Positions 61,780 through 72,647 of a stretch of DNA of 124,000 nucleotides are shown here, piece after piece (the first letter of the stretch is position 1; each line of letters begins with the position of its first letter). The stretch is from Hyalangium minutum (GTDB taxonomy: Bacteria; Myxococcota; Myxococcia; Myxococcales; Myxococcaceae): positions 20,001 through 144,000 of the forward strand of contig NZ_JMCB01000004.1 of NCBI RefSeq assembly GCF_000737315.1. Reading direction: 5' to 3'. The notes beneath the pieces were generated by a model, which had not been told where the DNA came from, made no database searches, and worked only from the letters and a program-made list of their open reading frames with translations. Position numbers and translations under genes: made by a program.

Positions 61780-63108
61780 CTAAAGGCGTTGGCCTTGGAA
61801 CGGGAGGGTGATGTGATACCCATACCGCCCTCGGCGTACGAGCAACAAGACGCTACGCCCCCGTCTCGCCGTCAGCAGGGCCTCTCGGAAGCTCTCCGAG
61901 TCAGGGGTTGGCTGGTTGTTTACCCTCAGCACCACGTCCCCTAGCTCCAACCCTACTTCCTGGGCTACGGAGCCCGGCCGCACGCCCGAGACGGTCAACC
62001 CGCCCCGGGCCTCTTTCATTTTCAGTCCCAACCTTTCCCAGGCCAGGGACTCGACCAGCCGAGGGGGAAACTCCACGGGCGTCACCTGGAGTGTGCGCAG
62101 GTTTCCATCCCGGAAGAGCACCAGTGGGAATGGAGAGCGGGCCGGGTAGCCACGCGCGCGCGTGTCGAAGTCCTCCGAGTCATTGATGCGCGAGCCGCCC
62201 ATCTCCGCCACCACGTCCCCTCGGCGGACTCCTGCCTGCTCGGCCGGGCTGCCAGGCTCTACGTTGTCCACCAGGGCCCCGTACGAGCGATCCCAGCCCA
62301 GCTGCGAGGCGACTTGCACCGGCAGATCCACCGTGTCGATGCCCACCCACGCCGGGCGCACCTTCCCGAAGCGGGTCAGCTCGTCGACGATGCGCCGCAC
62401 CTTGTCCGCGGGGATCGCGAAGCCAATGCCTTGCCCACCCGCGAAGATCGCCGTGTTGATGCCGATGATCTCGCTGTCCACGTTGAGCAGCGGGCCGCCC
62501 GAGTTGCCCGGGTTGATCGCCGCGTCCGTCTGCAAGAAGTCGTTGTAGACGGTGCCGTCCTCGGCGCGGAACGTGCGCCCCGTGGCGGACACCACGCCCG
62601 CTGTCACCGTCTTCGCCAGGCCAAACGGGCTGCCAATGGCAATCACCGTCTCGCCGATCATCAGATCCGCGCTCGTGCCCAGCTTTGCCGTGGGCAGCGG
62701 CTGCTTGGCGCTCACGCGCAGCACCGCCAGATCGTTCGTCGAGTCGCTGCCCAGCACCTCCGCCTCTAGCGTGCGCCCATCCGCCAGCACCACGTGGATC
62801 GCCGAGGCCCCGCGAATCACATGATCATTCGTGACGATGATGCCCGAGGCGTCGATGATCGCCCCGCTGCCCAGCCCCTGCACCCGCCGCCGCTGCTCGC
62901 GGCCGCCTCCGAAGAAGTCCTCCATGAACGAGCGCCGGCCCCGGAAGCGAGACTCCACGTCCTGCTCCGTGCCGATGTAGACGACCGCGGGAGAGACTTT
63001 CTGGACCACCTCGACGATGGCGTCACGGCGCCGGGCCATGTCCGCTTGCGCGCTGGAGGCCACCATCAACGTCATCAGCAACCACCACTTCATACCTGCG
63101 AGCCTCAT
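61780..63108 (-). CDS. HtrA/DegQ-like serine protease with two PDZ domains
   Basis: GSG.IID, TNDHVI, DLAVL and DAAINPGNSGGPL. Start moved to ATG 63108. Confidence 0.95.
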   Translation of the reverse strand: MRLAGMKWWLLMTLMVASSAQADMARRRDAIVEVVQKVSPAVVYIGTEQDVESRFRGRRSFMEDFFGGGREQRRRVQGLGSGAIIDASGIIVTNDHVIRGASAIHVVLADGRTLEAEVLGSDSTNDLAVLRVSAKQPLPTAKLGTSADLMIGETVIAIGSPFGLAKTVTAGVVSATGRTFRAEDGTVYNDFLQTDAAINPGNSGGPLLNVDSEIIGINTAIFAGGQGIGFAIPADKVRRIVDELTRFGKVRPAWVGIDTVDLPVQVASQLGWDRSYGALVDNVEPGSPAEQAGVRRGDVVAEMGGSRINDSEDFDTRARGYPARSPFPLVLFRDGNLRTLQVTPVEFPPRLVESLAWERLGLKMKEARGGLTVSGVRPGSVAQEVGLELGDVVLRVNNQPTPDSESFREALLTARRGRSVLLLVRRGRYGYHITLPFQGQRL

Positions 63109-63280
63109 TCCATACCTTCCTTGACACCTCAGGTGTCGAGCGAGCGACGGCAGGACTGTCGGGAACTCCGCAGCATTCCCGGCACCGTCTGGATGCGGTG
63201 TGCGGCTCTTTAATAGATCAAGTGGGTCGGCCAGGGGTGGCTCGAAGGGCTTGTTCCCCTGGCGTCGAGGAGTGCGAGTC

Positions 63281-64303
63281 ATGAGTCTCGTGCTGGTGGC
63301 GGACGATGAGCCAGCGGTGCTCGAGGTATTGAGCCAGGTGGTCGAAGATCTGGGGCACGACGTGCTCCTGGCGCGGGATGGAGAGGAGGCCTTCGGGCTG
63401 GCACGCGCCAAGCGGCCGCAGCTCGTGGTGACGGACCACATGATGCCGCGGCTGAGCGGGCTGGAGCTGTGCCGCAAGCTGAAGGGCGATCAGGCCCTCA
63501 AGGACGTGCCCGTCATTCTCTTGAGCGCGGTGCTGCCCCAGGGCGTGCCGGAGGCCGCGGCCTTCCTGCACAAGCCCTTCGAGATTACGGACTTCGAGGC
63601 GGTCATCCGCCAGTCGCTGGGGCACGTGCCGGAGCAGCGCCTGTCTCCGGATGCTCCGCCGGTGGAGGCGCTGGGGCACTGGATGGCGCACACGCTCCAG
63701 GGGCCGCTGGCGGCGGCGCGCGAGCAGCTGCAGCGGCTGCAGGTGGCGCCCATGGTGGATCAGCAGGTGGTGGAGGCGCTGGGCACGCACCTGCGTTACA
63801 TGGAGTTCCTGAGCCGGAGCCTCCAGGAGGCCGCGCGGCTAACGGCCGGGAGCGTGACGCTGCACCCGGTCTCCGGTGATCTTTCGCAGCACCTGCGGCG
63901 CGTCGTGGAGGCGTGGCAGGCGCAGGCGCCCGCAGTGCCCATCCAGCTCCAGGGGCCCGGAGAGCCGGTGGAACTGCGCTTCGATCCTGAGCGCATCCGC
64001 CAAGTGTTCGACGGGCTGCTGGCGAACGCGGTGCACCATGGGGGGGGCCGCGGGGCGGTGAGAGTGGAGCTGACCGCCTCGCAGTCGCTGGTGACGGTGC
64101 GGGTGCGGGACGAGGGCCCGGGTCTCACGGACCACGAGCTGCCCCGGCTGTTCACGCCGTTCCAGGTGCGGACGGACGATGGCGGCACGGGGCTGGGGCT
64201 CTACATCGCCTCGGAGCTGGCGAGGCTGCACGGCGGGGCGCTGTCGGTGGAGACCCAGTTGAACAAGGGCTCCACGTTCAGCCTGCTGCTGCCGCGCGGC
64301 TGA
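63281..64303 (+). CDS. REC-histidine kinase hybrid
   Basis: LVADDE, DHMMP, an atypical H-box AHTLQGPL, DEGPG and GTGLGL. Confidence 0.85.
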   Translation: MSLVLVADDEPAVLEVLSQVVEDLGHDVLLARDGEEAFGLARAKRPQLVVTDHMMPRLSGLELCRKLKGDQALKDVPVILLSAVLPQGVPEAAAFLHKPFEITDFEAVIRQSLGHVPEQRLSPDAPPVEALGHWMAHTLQGPLAAAREQLQRLQVAPMVDQQVVEALGTHLRYMEFLSRSLQEAARLTAGSVTLHPVSGDLSQHLRRVVEAWQAQAPAVPIQLQGPGEPVELRFDPERIRQVFDGLLANAVHHGGGRGAVRVELTASQSLVTVRVRDEGPGLTDHELPRLFTPFQVRTDDGGTGLGLYIASELARLHGGALSVETQLNKGSTFSLLLPRG

Positions 64304-65341
64304 TCAGGCGCGCTGGGACTTCAGCATCCAGCCGATCATCTTGTAGAGCAGCCGCGCACCCACGTTGCCGTCCCACTCGCCGCCATCGGGATCGGGGGCG
64401 ACCTCGGTCAAATCGAAGCCGACGATGGTGCGCCCCGAGCGGACCACGCCGGCAATGAGTGCCGTGGCCTGAGGGAAGGAGAGGCCGCCAGGCACGGGCG
64501 TGCCGGTGTGCGGGCAGAGCACGGGATCCAGACCGTCGATGTCGAACGAGAGGTACACCTGTTGCGGGAGGTGGGCGACGAGTTCATCCACCAACCGGTT
64601 CCAGGGCATGCCGTCGAACTGCCTCTGCTGGAGCGTGGAGTCGAAGTAGGAGCGGATGCGGCCGTTGGAGAGCTCGATGACCTGGTTCTCCTCCTCGCTC
64701 ATGTCGCGCACGGCTACCTGGACGAGCGACTTCACGCCCGGCAGGCGCTGTACCACGTTGTACATGATGGAGGCGTGGGACCAGGTGAAGCCCTCGTAGG
64801 CGTTGCGCAGGTCCGCGTGCGCATCGAGGTGGAGCACTCCGAGCCCCGGGTACTTCTCGGCGTGGGCCTGGATGGAGCCGTAGGAGATGGAGTGGTCCCC
64901 GCCGATGGAGCCCACGCGCTTGCCCTGGTCGAGCCAGTGCTGGGTGGTGCGGTAGACGTAGTCGTTCATCTTCTCGGAGAGCGCGTTGACCTCGTTGGCG
65001 GCGGCGCGGAGCTCGGGCTGGTCGGCGTGGACGCCTCCGGCCTCGATGACGAGCTGGGCGCGCTCCTTGGCGCGGGTATTCCAGGCGCGGAGATCCTCGG
65101 ACTCGGGGAGCATGGCGATGCCGCGCTCATAGGGGCGGCCGGTCTCCACGTCGAAGAGGTCGACCTGGCGGCTGGCATTGAGGACGGCGCTGGGGCCCTC
65201 GGAGGTGCCGCCGCCGTAGCTGGTGGTGGCCTCGAAGGGGACGGGGACGAGGACGACATGGGCCTCGTCGGGAGAGTGGGGGAGGCCGAAGATGCCGGAA
65301 TCAGGGGAGGCGGCGGCGCCGGGGTCGAAGTGGGTAGCCAT
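64304..65341 (-). CDS. speB: Agmatinase (arginase family)
   Basis: GGDHSI, LDAHADL, SHAS, SFDIDGLDP..CPHTGTPVPGG. Confidence 0.9.
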   Translation of the reverse strand: MATHFDPGAAASPDSGIFGLPHSPDEAHVVLVPVPFEATTSYGGGTSEGPSAVLNASRQVDLFDVETGRPYERGIAMLPESEDLRAWNTRAKERAQLVIEAGGVHADQPELRAAANEVNALSEKMNDYVYRTTQHWLDQGKRVGSIGGDHSISYGSIQAHAEKYPGLGVLHLDAHADLRNAYEGFTWSHASIMYNVVQRLPGVKSLVQVAVRDMSEEENQVIELSNGRIRSYFDSTLQQRQFDGMPWNRLVDELVAHLPQQVYLSFDIDGLDPVLCPHTGTPVPGGLSFPQATALIAGVVRSGRTIVGFDLTEVAPDPDGGEWDGNVGARLLYKMIGWMLKSQRA

Positions 65342-65469
65342 GGCGCGGCGCAGGATATGGAGTCAGCCGGGGTTGGCAATGGCCTTCGGTCGGCGCTCGA
65401 ACGGGTCCTTGCTGCGTGGGTAGACTGGCTCACTCTGCGGAAGGGCGCAGACCGAGGGGGAGTCCACAT

Positions 65470-65937
65470 ATGCGAGAGGCTGTGAAGCGGTTTGGCTGGG
65501 GGCTTGTGTTGGGTGCGGCGCTGGTGGGGTGTGGAGGGGATGAGGAGGAAGCTCCCGTCATCCAGACGATGCGGGTGGTGGAGCACGCGAGCACGGATGC
65601 CGTCACCGACAATTCGCCCCCGGGAGACTCCGTGGGGGACGTGCTGACCTTCGCGAACGAGCTGTACGACGAGACGAACACGCGGAAGGTGGGCACAAAC
65701 CAGGGCTACTGCGTGCGGGTGGTGGCGGGGCAGGCCTGGGAGTGTCTGTGGACCGCTTTCCTGGAGGGCGGGCAAATCTCGGTGGAGGGCCCCTTCTACG
65801 ATGTGAAGGGGTCCACCCTGTCCATCACGGGCGGCACCGGGAACTTCAATGGCGCCCGTGGGCAGATGCAGCTGGAGTTCCGCAACCCGCAGGGCACGGA
65901 GTTCGACTTCATCTACCAGGTCCTGCTGGACCGCTGA
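65470..65937 (+). CDS. Lipoprotein with an allene-oxide-cyclase / dirigent-like beta-barrel
   Basis: Lipobox LVGC; GDSVGD.LTFAN.LYD, G.C.R, GQISVEG and ITGGTG.F.GARG. Confidence 0.75.
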   Translation: MREAVKRFGWGLVLGAALVGCGGDEEEAPVIQTMRVVEHASTDAVTDNSPPGDSVGDVLTFANELYDETNTRKVGTNQGYCVRVVAGQAWECLWTAFLEGGQISVEGPFYDVKGSTLSITGGTGNFNGARGQMQLEFRNPQGTEFDFIYQVLLDR

Positions 65938-65955
65938 GGTGAAGGCGCTGTGGGC

Positions 65956-68760
65956 TCAGGGGCCGAAGCCCACCACCAGGGCCGGCGTGGTGCGGTAGAG
66001 GTACCCGCCGTTGCCCAGCTGGCCCAGCCAGTTGTTGCCCCACACCGACAGCGTGCCGGTCTGGCTCAGCGTCATCGAGGACAGGTTGCCCGCGATGACC
66101 TTTTGCACGCCACTCACCCCCGTGAGCTGCTTGATCGTCGTGCCGGGGATGGTCGTCCCCGCGCCCGCCTGGCTCTGGGAGTTGCTGCCCCAGCCCCACG
66201 CCGTGCCGTCCGTCTTCACCGCCAGCGTGTGGCTCGAGCCCGCGGACACCCCCGCCACGCTGCTCAGGGCCGTCACCCGCACCGGCGTGCTGCGCGAGGT
66301 GTACGTGCCGTCCCCCAGCTGGCCCGAGCCGTTGTTCCCCCACACCCAGAGCGTCCCGTCGCTCTTGACCGCCAGCGAGTGGTCGTCTCCCGCTGCCACC
66401 GCCACCACGCCCGTCATCCCCGGCACCTGCACCGGCGACGTGCGGCGCGTGGTCGTCCCATCTCCCAGCTGGCCGTAGTCATTGCGTCCCCACGCCCACA
66501 CCGTGCCGTCCGACTTCAGCACCAACGTGTGCGCATAGCCCGCCGCCATCGCCGCCACGTTCGTCATCCCCGGCACCAGCACCGGCGAATAGCGCTGAGT
66601 CGTCGTACCGTCCCCCAGTTGTCCGTAGATGTTGCCGCCCCACGCCCACATCGTCCCGTCGCTCTTCAGCACCAGCGAGTGGAAGTAGCCTGCCTTGATC
66701 GCCGTCACCCCCGTCAGGTTCGGTACCTGGAGGGGCGAGTAGTGGTACTCGGTGCCATTGAGGGGCCCGATGCCCAGCGAGCCATAGCCTCCATAGCCCC
66801 AGGCCCACACGGTGCCGTCCGCCTTCAACGCCAGCGAGTACATCTGGCCCGCCGCCACCGCCGTCACGCTGCTCAGCCCCGTCACCTGCGCCGGCAGGTT
66901 CTGGGCCGTTTGCGGATGCCCCAGCGGGAATGCGTAGGAGAGGCCCCCGCCCCACGACCAGAGCGTGCCATCCGAGCGCAGCGCCAGCATGTGCCAGTAG
67001 CCCACCGCTGCCGCCGTCACGTTCGTCAGGCCCTGCACCGTCACCGGGGTGGTGGTGTGCACGATCTTCCCATCCCCCAGCTCGTAATCATCGTTGCCGC
67101 CCCAGGCCCAGATCCGCCCGTCCGAGTGCTTCGCCACCGAGTGGGAGCCTCCAGCTGCCACCGCCACCACCCCGCTCAGCCCCACCACCTGCACCGGCGT
67201 GTTGCGCTGGGTGGTCGTCCCATCGCCCAGCTGGCCCAGGTTGTTGCTGCCCCACGTCCACACCGTGCCGTCCGACTTCAGCGCCACCGAGTGGTTGTAC
67301 CCCGTGGCCACCGCCACCACCCCGCTCAGCCCCACCACCTGCACCGGTGTGTTGCGGCTGGTGGTCGTCCCATCGCCCAGCTGGCCCGAGCCGTTGCTGC
67401 CCCAGGCCCACACGGTGCCGTCCGTCTTCAGCGCCAGCGAGTAGCCCATCCCCGCCACCACCGCCTTCACCCCGCTCAGCCCCACCACCTGTCCCGGCGT
67501 GTTGCGGCTGGTGGTCGTCCCATCGCCCAGCTCGCCATTCCAGTTGGAGCCCCAGCTCCACACCGTGCCCGCCGGCGAGGTCACCGCCAGCGTGTGGTAG
67601 TCGCCCGCGTCCGCTGCCACCACGCCGCTCAAGCCCTGCACCTGCGCGGGCAGGGAGCGGGACGTGGTCGTGCCATCCCCCAGCTGGCCGTACATGTTGT
67701 TGCCCCAGATCCACAGCGTCCCGTCACTCTTCACCGCCAGCGAGTGCCTCGAGCCCCCAGCCAGCACAGCCACCGAGCTCAGCCCTACCGCCTGCACCGG
67801 GTTGCCGGGGTAGTTCGTCGTCCCGTCGCCCAGCTGCCCATCGTTGTTGCTGCCCCAGCCCCACACCGTGCCGTCCTGCGTCAGCGCCAGCTGGTGCCCG
67901 CCCCCGGAGGCCAGCGACACCACGCTGCTCAGCCCCCACACCTGCGTCCGCTGGCCGCGGAGGGTGGAGTACCCATCCGTGTAGTCTCCCTGGTTGCTGC
68001 CCCACGTCCACACCGTGCCATCCGCCGCGATGCTCAGCGACAGCCGATCACCACTGCTCACGGTGGCCCGGCTCGAGGTGGGAGGCGGCGGAGGCGTGGC
68101 GGTCCCTACCTCGAAGACCAGGTCGTCGCGATCATCGTAGCCCCCGGAGGTGCAAGGGGCGGCCGTCCCCGAGTACCGGAACGAGGCGCGCACCGCCTGC
68201 ATGCTGCCGCCGGTCGAGGGCAGGGTGGTGTTGGCCACCAGCACCTGCGTCCCCGCTCCAGACGGCACCAGCGTGGTGACGAAGGTCCACGACGGGTTGC
68301 TCGCGTCCGCCGCCACGTAGATGTCCAGGTAGTCCGAGCTGTAGCCGGAATACGCCCAGACGGTGGCCTCCACCGTGACCGCCTTGCCCGGCGCCAGGGC
68401 CGTGCCGTCCACCGTGGAGACCTTCAGCCGATCCAGCGACTCATCCGAGTGGAACATGCCCGAGGGGCCGTCCGCACAGCTGCCGCCCAGCGTGTTGGGG
68501 GCATGGGACTCTGGGCCGACTGAACCGCGGCCCAGTACCAACGACGGCCCCGTGTCACAGCCCGAAGCTCCCGCGGTGCACTTGGGCGCCTGGAGCGCCG
68601 GATCGTAGCTCGCCGTCTGCACCAGGGCCGCCGAGGCCGTGGCGGCCTGGAGGGGGCTGACCGGCGCCTGCTCCGCTGCCGTCCCGAGCTCTGCTCCACA
68701 GCCGCTCGCCAGCGCTCCCAGCAGCAGCCACAGTGTTCTCGCACTCTTCGCTGTCCGCAT
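65956..68760 (-). CDS. RCC1-repeat (BLIP-II-like) lipoprotein
   Basis: Lipobox ASGC and many [22 protein letters not shown] repeats. Confidence 0.95.
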   Translation of the reverse strand: MRTAKSARTLWLLLGALASGCGAELGTAAEQAPVSPLQAATASAALVQTASYDPALQAPKCTAGASGCDTGPSLVLGRGSVGPESHAPNTLGGSCADGPSGMFHSDESLDRLKVSTVDGTALAPGKAVTVEATVWAYSGYSSDYLDIYVAADASNPSWTFVTTLVPSGAGTQVLVANTTLPSTGGSMQAVRASFRYSGTAAPCTSGGYDDRDDLVFEVGTATPPPPPTSSRATVSSGDRLSLSIAADGTVWTWGSNQGDYTDGYSTLRGQRTQVWGLSSVVSLASGGGHQLALTQDGTVWGWGSNNDGQLGDGTTNYPGNPVQAVGLSSVAVLAGGSRHSLAVKSDGTLWIWGNNMYGQLGDGTTTSRSLPAQVQGLSGVVAADAGDYHTLAVTSPAGTVWSWGSNWNGELGDGTTTSRNTPGQVVGLSGVKAVVAGMGYSLALKTDGTVWAWGSNGSGQLGDGTTTSRNTPVQVVGLSGVVAVATGYNHSVALKSDGTVWTWGSNNLGQLGDGTTTQRNTPVQVVGLSGVVAVAAGGSHSVAKHSDGRIWAWGGNDDYELGDGKIVHTTTPVTVQGLTNVTAAAVGYWHMLALRSDGTLWSWGGGLSYAFPLGHPQTAQNLPAQVTGLSSVTAVAAGQMYSLALKADGTVWAWGYGGYGSLGIGPLNGTEYHYSPLQVPNLTGVTAIKAGYFHSLVLKSDGTMWAWGGNIYGQLGDGTTTQRYSPVLVPGMTNVAAMAAGYAHTLVLKSDGTVWAWGRNDYGQLGDGTTTRRTSPVQVPGMTGVVAVAAGDDHSLAVKSDGTLWVWGNNGSGQLGDGTYTSRSTPVRVTALSSVAGVSAGSSHTLAVKTDGTAWGWGSNSQSQAGAGTTIPGTTIKQLTGVSGVQKVIAGNLSSMTLSQTGTLSVWGNNWLGQLGNGGYLYRTTPALVVGFGP

Positions 68761-68909
68761 CCGTTTTGCTCCCTTTTCGAGCACACGCTTTGAACGTGCT
68801 TACCGGTGAAAAACGGTAAAAAACGTACTTCTCGCGAAGTCCGCCAGTAATGAAATTATCTGATAGACTTGGAGTGTGGGTGAGGTGAGGAATCGCTGGG
68901 AGGAAGGAC

Positions 68910-69899
68910 TCACTCCCAGTGCAGGACTACCTTGCCCACAGCCTCGTTGCTCGCCATGCGCGTGAGCGCGTCCCGGAGGTCCGTCATCGGCACCACGGCG
69001 TCGATGACGGGCTTCAGCGCTCCCGAGCGGAACAGCGGGAGCAAGTGACGCTCCGCCGCTTGGGCCAGGGCGATCTTCTCCTCCAGCGGACGGCTGCGCA
69101 GCACCGTGCCGGTAATCCGCAGGCGCTTCATCAGGATCAGCCCCAGGTTCACCTGCGTCTTGTTGCCCGCCACCAGCCCCACGAGCATCGCCCGGCCCTG
69201 CGGTGCCAGCGCCTCCAGCGTCTCCGGGACGTAGTCCCCGCCCACGAGATCCAACGCCACGTCCGCGCCTCGGCCTCCCGTGGCCTTCTTCACGGCCTCG
69301 GCGAAGCGGGGTGGGGTGCCGTCCACATGCACCGTGTGCTCCACGCCCCACTCGCGGGCTCGCTCCAGCTTCTTCGCGTTGCGCCCCGTGCCCACCACCT
69401 GCACACCCATCGCCCGGCACAGCTGCGCCGCTGCCGAGCCCACGCCACTCGCCACCGCGTGCACCAGCGCTGTCTCGCCCGGCCGCATGCCTCCTTGCAG
69501 CACCAGCGCGTCGAACGCCGTCAGGTACACCTCCGGTAGCGCTGCTGCGTCCGTGAAGTCCATGCCTTCGGGCATGGGCAGCGCCTCACGCTCGTGGACT
69601 GTGAGCTGCTCCGCCCAGGCCCCGCCTCCCACCAGTCCCATCACCCGATCCCCAGGCTTGAAGCGGCGGCACCGAGGCCCCACCGCGAGCACCTCGCCCG
69701 CGTACTCCAGGCCCGGAACGTCCGGCGGCACATCCGGCGGAGCCGCGTAGTGCCCCTTCACCTGCAACAGGTCCGCCCGGTTGAGTGCCGTGGCTCGAAC
69801 CCTGACGAGCAATTCCGAGGGCCCCGGTGTCAGATCCGGACGATCTTCCAGCGAGAGGACCTCGGGACCGCCTGCGCCTGTGGTGCGGAAGACTTTCAT
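68910..69899 (-). CDS. NAD(P)H:quinone oxidoreductase (zeta-crystallin/PIG3-like MDR)
   Basis: LNRADL, PGLEYAG, HAVASGVGSAA and GTVLRSR. Confidence 0.93.
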   Translation of the reverse strand: MKVFRTTGAGGPEVLSLEDRPDLTPGPSELLVRVRATALNRADLLQVKGHYAAPPDVPPDVPGLEYAGEVLAVGPRCRRFKPGDRVMGLVGGGAWAEQLTVHEREALPMPEGMDFTDAAALPEVYLTAFDALVLQGGMRPGETALVHAVASGVGSAAAQLCRAMGVQVVGTGRNAKKLERAREWGVEHTVHVDGTPPRFAEAVKKATGGRGADVALDLVGGDYVPETLEALAPQGRAMLVGLVAGNKTQVNLGLILMKRLRITGTVLRSRPLEEKIALAQAAERHLLPLFRSGALKPVIDAVVPMTDLRDALTRMASNEAVGKVVLHWE

Positions 69900-69911
69900 G
69901 CGTGCCTCGCT

Positions 69912-71039
69912 TCAGCCGTTCCATTCCGTGTAGTGCGTCGTCGCCTCGCCCATCGCCAGCCCGTGCCGCCGCGCCACCTGGAACATGTGGGGAAACGCCG
70001 CCAGCTGATACCAGAACGGCTTCTGATCTTCCCTCCGCCAGAGTGAGTCGCGTGCGGCGCTGAACGCTTGCCACCACTCGCGCAGCTCCCGCCACGAGCG
70101 CAGCCGAGGCAGCGCCGCCGTCCACATGAGCATGCCCAACATCACCGGCTTCTCCAGATCGGGCTCGGCGATTCCCTCGCCGAACATCGCCCGCCCGAGC
70201 CTCCCATCCTCCGGGAACAGGAGCATGCCGCTCGTCATCCGGGGATTGCACTCCAGCGCGTACAGCGCTCCGCTCGCCGTCTCGATGAAGTCAAACCCGA
70301 GGCTCCCCGTGAAGCCCGTGCCCTCCAGGAAGCGCAGCACCCAGTCGCGGCTGCCCGCGTGGGCGATGGGCTCGTAATAGAACCCGGGCCCTCCCGGGAA
70401 CCGATACCGCGGCTGGTAGCAAACATGCGCCACCAGCGCTCCCTCCCAGACGAGGCTGGAGGTGCACAGCTCGGTGCCCTCGATGAACTGCTGGGCCAGC
70501 AGGCGCTGCTGGAAATCGAGCCCCCTCCGCGAAGCTCCCGCCTGCAGCAGCCGCGTCTTCTGTCCGAAGCGCGTGAACGCAGGCTTCACGATGAGCCGGC
70601 CGTGCTCCCGCAGGAGCGCCTCCAACTGCGAAGGGCCCTCCAGGGGCCACGTCTTCGGCGCGGGCAGGCCTCGGGCGGACAACCGCTGGTTGAACGCCCA
70701 CTTGTCATGCCACTCCGCGAGCTGCTCGAAGCGGCCCGCCACCACGAGGCAGCGCTCCCTCAGCCGCTCCCAGTGCCGCGCCACATAGAGGACCTCCTCC
70801 CCCGTGGGCACGAGCGCATCCACCCCATGCTCCTCGATGAGCGAGAGCAAGCGTTGGATGAACGCCTCCTCCTCGAAGCGAGGCGAGGGAATCTGGAACG
70901 TCCTCGCCACGTCCCGCGAGTGCCGCATCGGGTACGTCGGGAAGGTGTCGCAGACGAACACCTCGTGTCCCGCCCGCTTCAGCTGCCGCACCGCCCCAAG
71001 CGCGGGGATTCCTCGGGCTCCGGTCAGCAGGACTCTCAC
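69912..71039 (-). CDS. ATP-grasp domain protein
   Basis: VLLTGAR, LVPTGEE, IVKPAFTRFG, QQFIEG, FDFI and LECNPR. The GTG start overlaps the desaturase stop (GTGA). Confidence 0.85.
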   Translation of the reverse strand: MRVLLTGARGIPALGAVRQLKRAGHEVFVCDTFPTYPMRHSRDVARTFQIPSPRFEEEAFIQRLLSLIEEHGVDALVPTGEEVLYVARHWERLRERCLVVAGRFEQLAEWHDKWAFNQRLSARGLPAPKTWPLEGPSQLEALLREHGRLIVKPAFTRFGQKTRLLQAGASRRGLDFQQRLLAQQFIEGTELCTSSLVWEGALVAHVCYQPRYRFPGGPGFYYEPIAHAGSRDWVLRFLEGTGFTGSLGFDFIETASGALYALECNPRMTSGMLLFPEDGRLGRAMFGEGIAEPDLEKPVMLGMLMWTAALPRLRSWRELREWWQAFSAARDSLWRREDQKPFWYQLAAFPHMFQVARRHGLAMGEATTHYTEWNG

Positions 71040-71971
71040 GATGGGTACTGACGCGGAATGTCCTTCAGCGGCTCCGGGCCCGGCTCCTGCGCGGGCATCG
71101 GCCCCGTGGTCCACTGACGGAGGTAGTGAAGGATGTACGAGCGGCGCTGCTCACCCGGCGGAGACAGCGCGGGCAGGTGGAGCCACGACACGTCCGGGTA
71201 CGCGTGGTGGTTGTAGTCCAGCTCGCGGTGCAGGTTGAGCCAGCCATACGGCCACGGCGCCTCCAGGTTGAACGCGCCCTTGATGACGTCCCTCGGCGCG
71301 TACGAGTGCTCCAGGTAGTTCACCCCAGACCAGAGCGCTCCCGCTGCCACGTAGAACAACCCCAGCCGCCCCAGTGACAGCCCGGACAGCACGCTCGCCC
71401 CTGTTATCGCCACGGCGCACAGCAGCAGCTCCGCGCGGATGCGCCCGATGCTGATCTCCGGATGGCGGAAGATGGCCTCCGCGATGTGGAGCTTCTCGGA
71501 CATGCGGCGGAACACCCCCGGCGCCACGAGCAGCAGCAACAGGAACGGAGGGATGACCCAGTACCAGAACCCCACCAGCATCAGGTACCAGGCGATCGTC
71601 CGCCCCACCCGCGAGTGGTGCGGGTAGTACAGGTCGAACATCTCCTGGTCGCTGCGGTTCTTCAGGTGGTGGCTCCAGTGGGTGATGGAGAGCATCGACG
71701 CCGACATCGGGAACAGCAGCCCGCACAGCACCCCCAGCCACCGGTTCCACACCGGATTCGGGTGCAGCTTGAGGTGCGAGGCCTCGTGCATCAGGGCGAA
71801 CTGTGTCTGGAAGAGCAGGGCGTAGGCCCCCACGCACAGGCCCAGCGCCCAGCCGCTCTCCACCCGCGCTCCGAGGAGCAGCAGCCCCACCAGCGCCAAG
71901 AACACGCTCAGCGTCAGGAACGTGTTCAGGCGGTAGGGGATGCTGCGGAAGTCTCTCGGCGCGCTGCTCAT
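71036..71971 (-). CDS. Membrane fatty acid desaturase family protein
   Basis: His boxes HEASH, HWSHH and HRELDYNHH; multiple TM segments. Confidence 0.88.
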   Translation of the reverse strand: MSSAPRDFRSIPYRLNTFLTLSVFLALVGLLLLGARVESGWALGLCVGAYALLFQTQFALMHEASHLKLHPNPVWNRWLGVLCGLLFPMSASMLSITHWSHHLKNRSDQEMFDLYYPHHSRVGRTIAWYLMLVGFWYWVIPPFLLLLLVAPGVFRRMSEKLHIAEAIFRHPEISIGRIRAELLLCAVAITGASVLSGLSLGRLGLFYVAAGALWSGVNYLEHSYAPRDVIKGAFNLEAPWPYGWLNLHRELDYNHHAYPDVSWLHLPALSPPGEQRRSYILHYLRQWTTGPMPAQEPGPEPLKDIPRQYPS

Positions 71972-72004
71972 ACGGGACCCCAGTATGACCCAAGTGGCTC
72001 GGGG

Positions 72005-72625
72005 TCAGCGACGCTCGCGACGATCTCCCACCACTCTTGCGGGAACCCCCGCCACGATGGCCCACTCGGGCACGTCTCGCGTGACGATCGCCCCCATGCC
72101 CACCACCGCGTGGGCGCCAATCGTCACCCCGTCCGTGACGCCCGCGTTCGCGCCGATCCACACGTCCGCGCCCACCCGGATGCCTCGCGACGTCACCGGC
72201 TGCTCGCGCAGGGGCCGATCCGGATCCATCCCGTGGTTGAAGGCGTAGAGCGTGGCCCCCGTCGCGATGCGCGTCCCATCTCCAATGTGGATGCCCGCAG
72301 CGCCTCCATCGAGGCTCGCCCGCGCGTTGATGCTCACCTGTCGCCCCAGAGTCACCGGCCCGTGGACGAACACATCCGCCGCGATGCTCGAGCCTGGACC
72401 GATGACGAGCGTCCGCCCGGGCTCCGCGAACAGACGGGCCTCGGGCGCCACGAAGCAGCCCTCGGCGATCTGGATGGTCTCCAGCTCCATGAAGCGCGCC
72501 TGCACCTCGCGCTGCCACTCCTCAGCCCATTTCCGGTGCCGGGGCTTCAGCGAGAAGTACAGCCACGGCATCCACGAGAGTCGCTGCTTGTGCTGCTCCC
72601 GGCGGCGTGCGTCCAGGTCTTCCAC
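72005..72625 (-). CDS. Hexapeptide-repeat (LbH) acyltransferase
   Basis: IGDGTRIA, VWIGANA.V..GVTIG..AVVG.GA.VTRDVP...IVAGVPARV. Confidence 0.9.
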   Translation of the reverse strand: MEDLDARRREQHKQRLSWMPWLYFSLKPRHRKWAEEWQREVQARFMELETIQIAEGCFVAPEARLFAEPGRTLVIGPGSSIAADVFVHGPVTLGRQVSINARASLDGGAAGIHIGDGTRIATGATLYAFNHGMDPDRPLREQPVTSRGIRVGADVWIGANAGVTDGVTIGAHAVVGMGAIVTRDVPEWAIVAGVPARVVGDRRERR

Positions 72626-72647
72626 GAGCGTGCGAGCTCCTTGGGCC

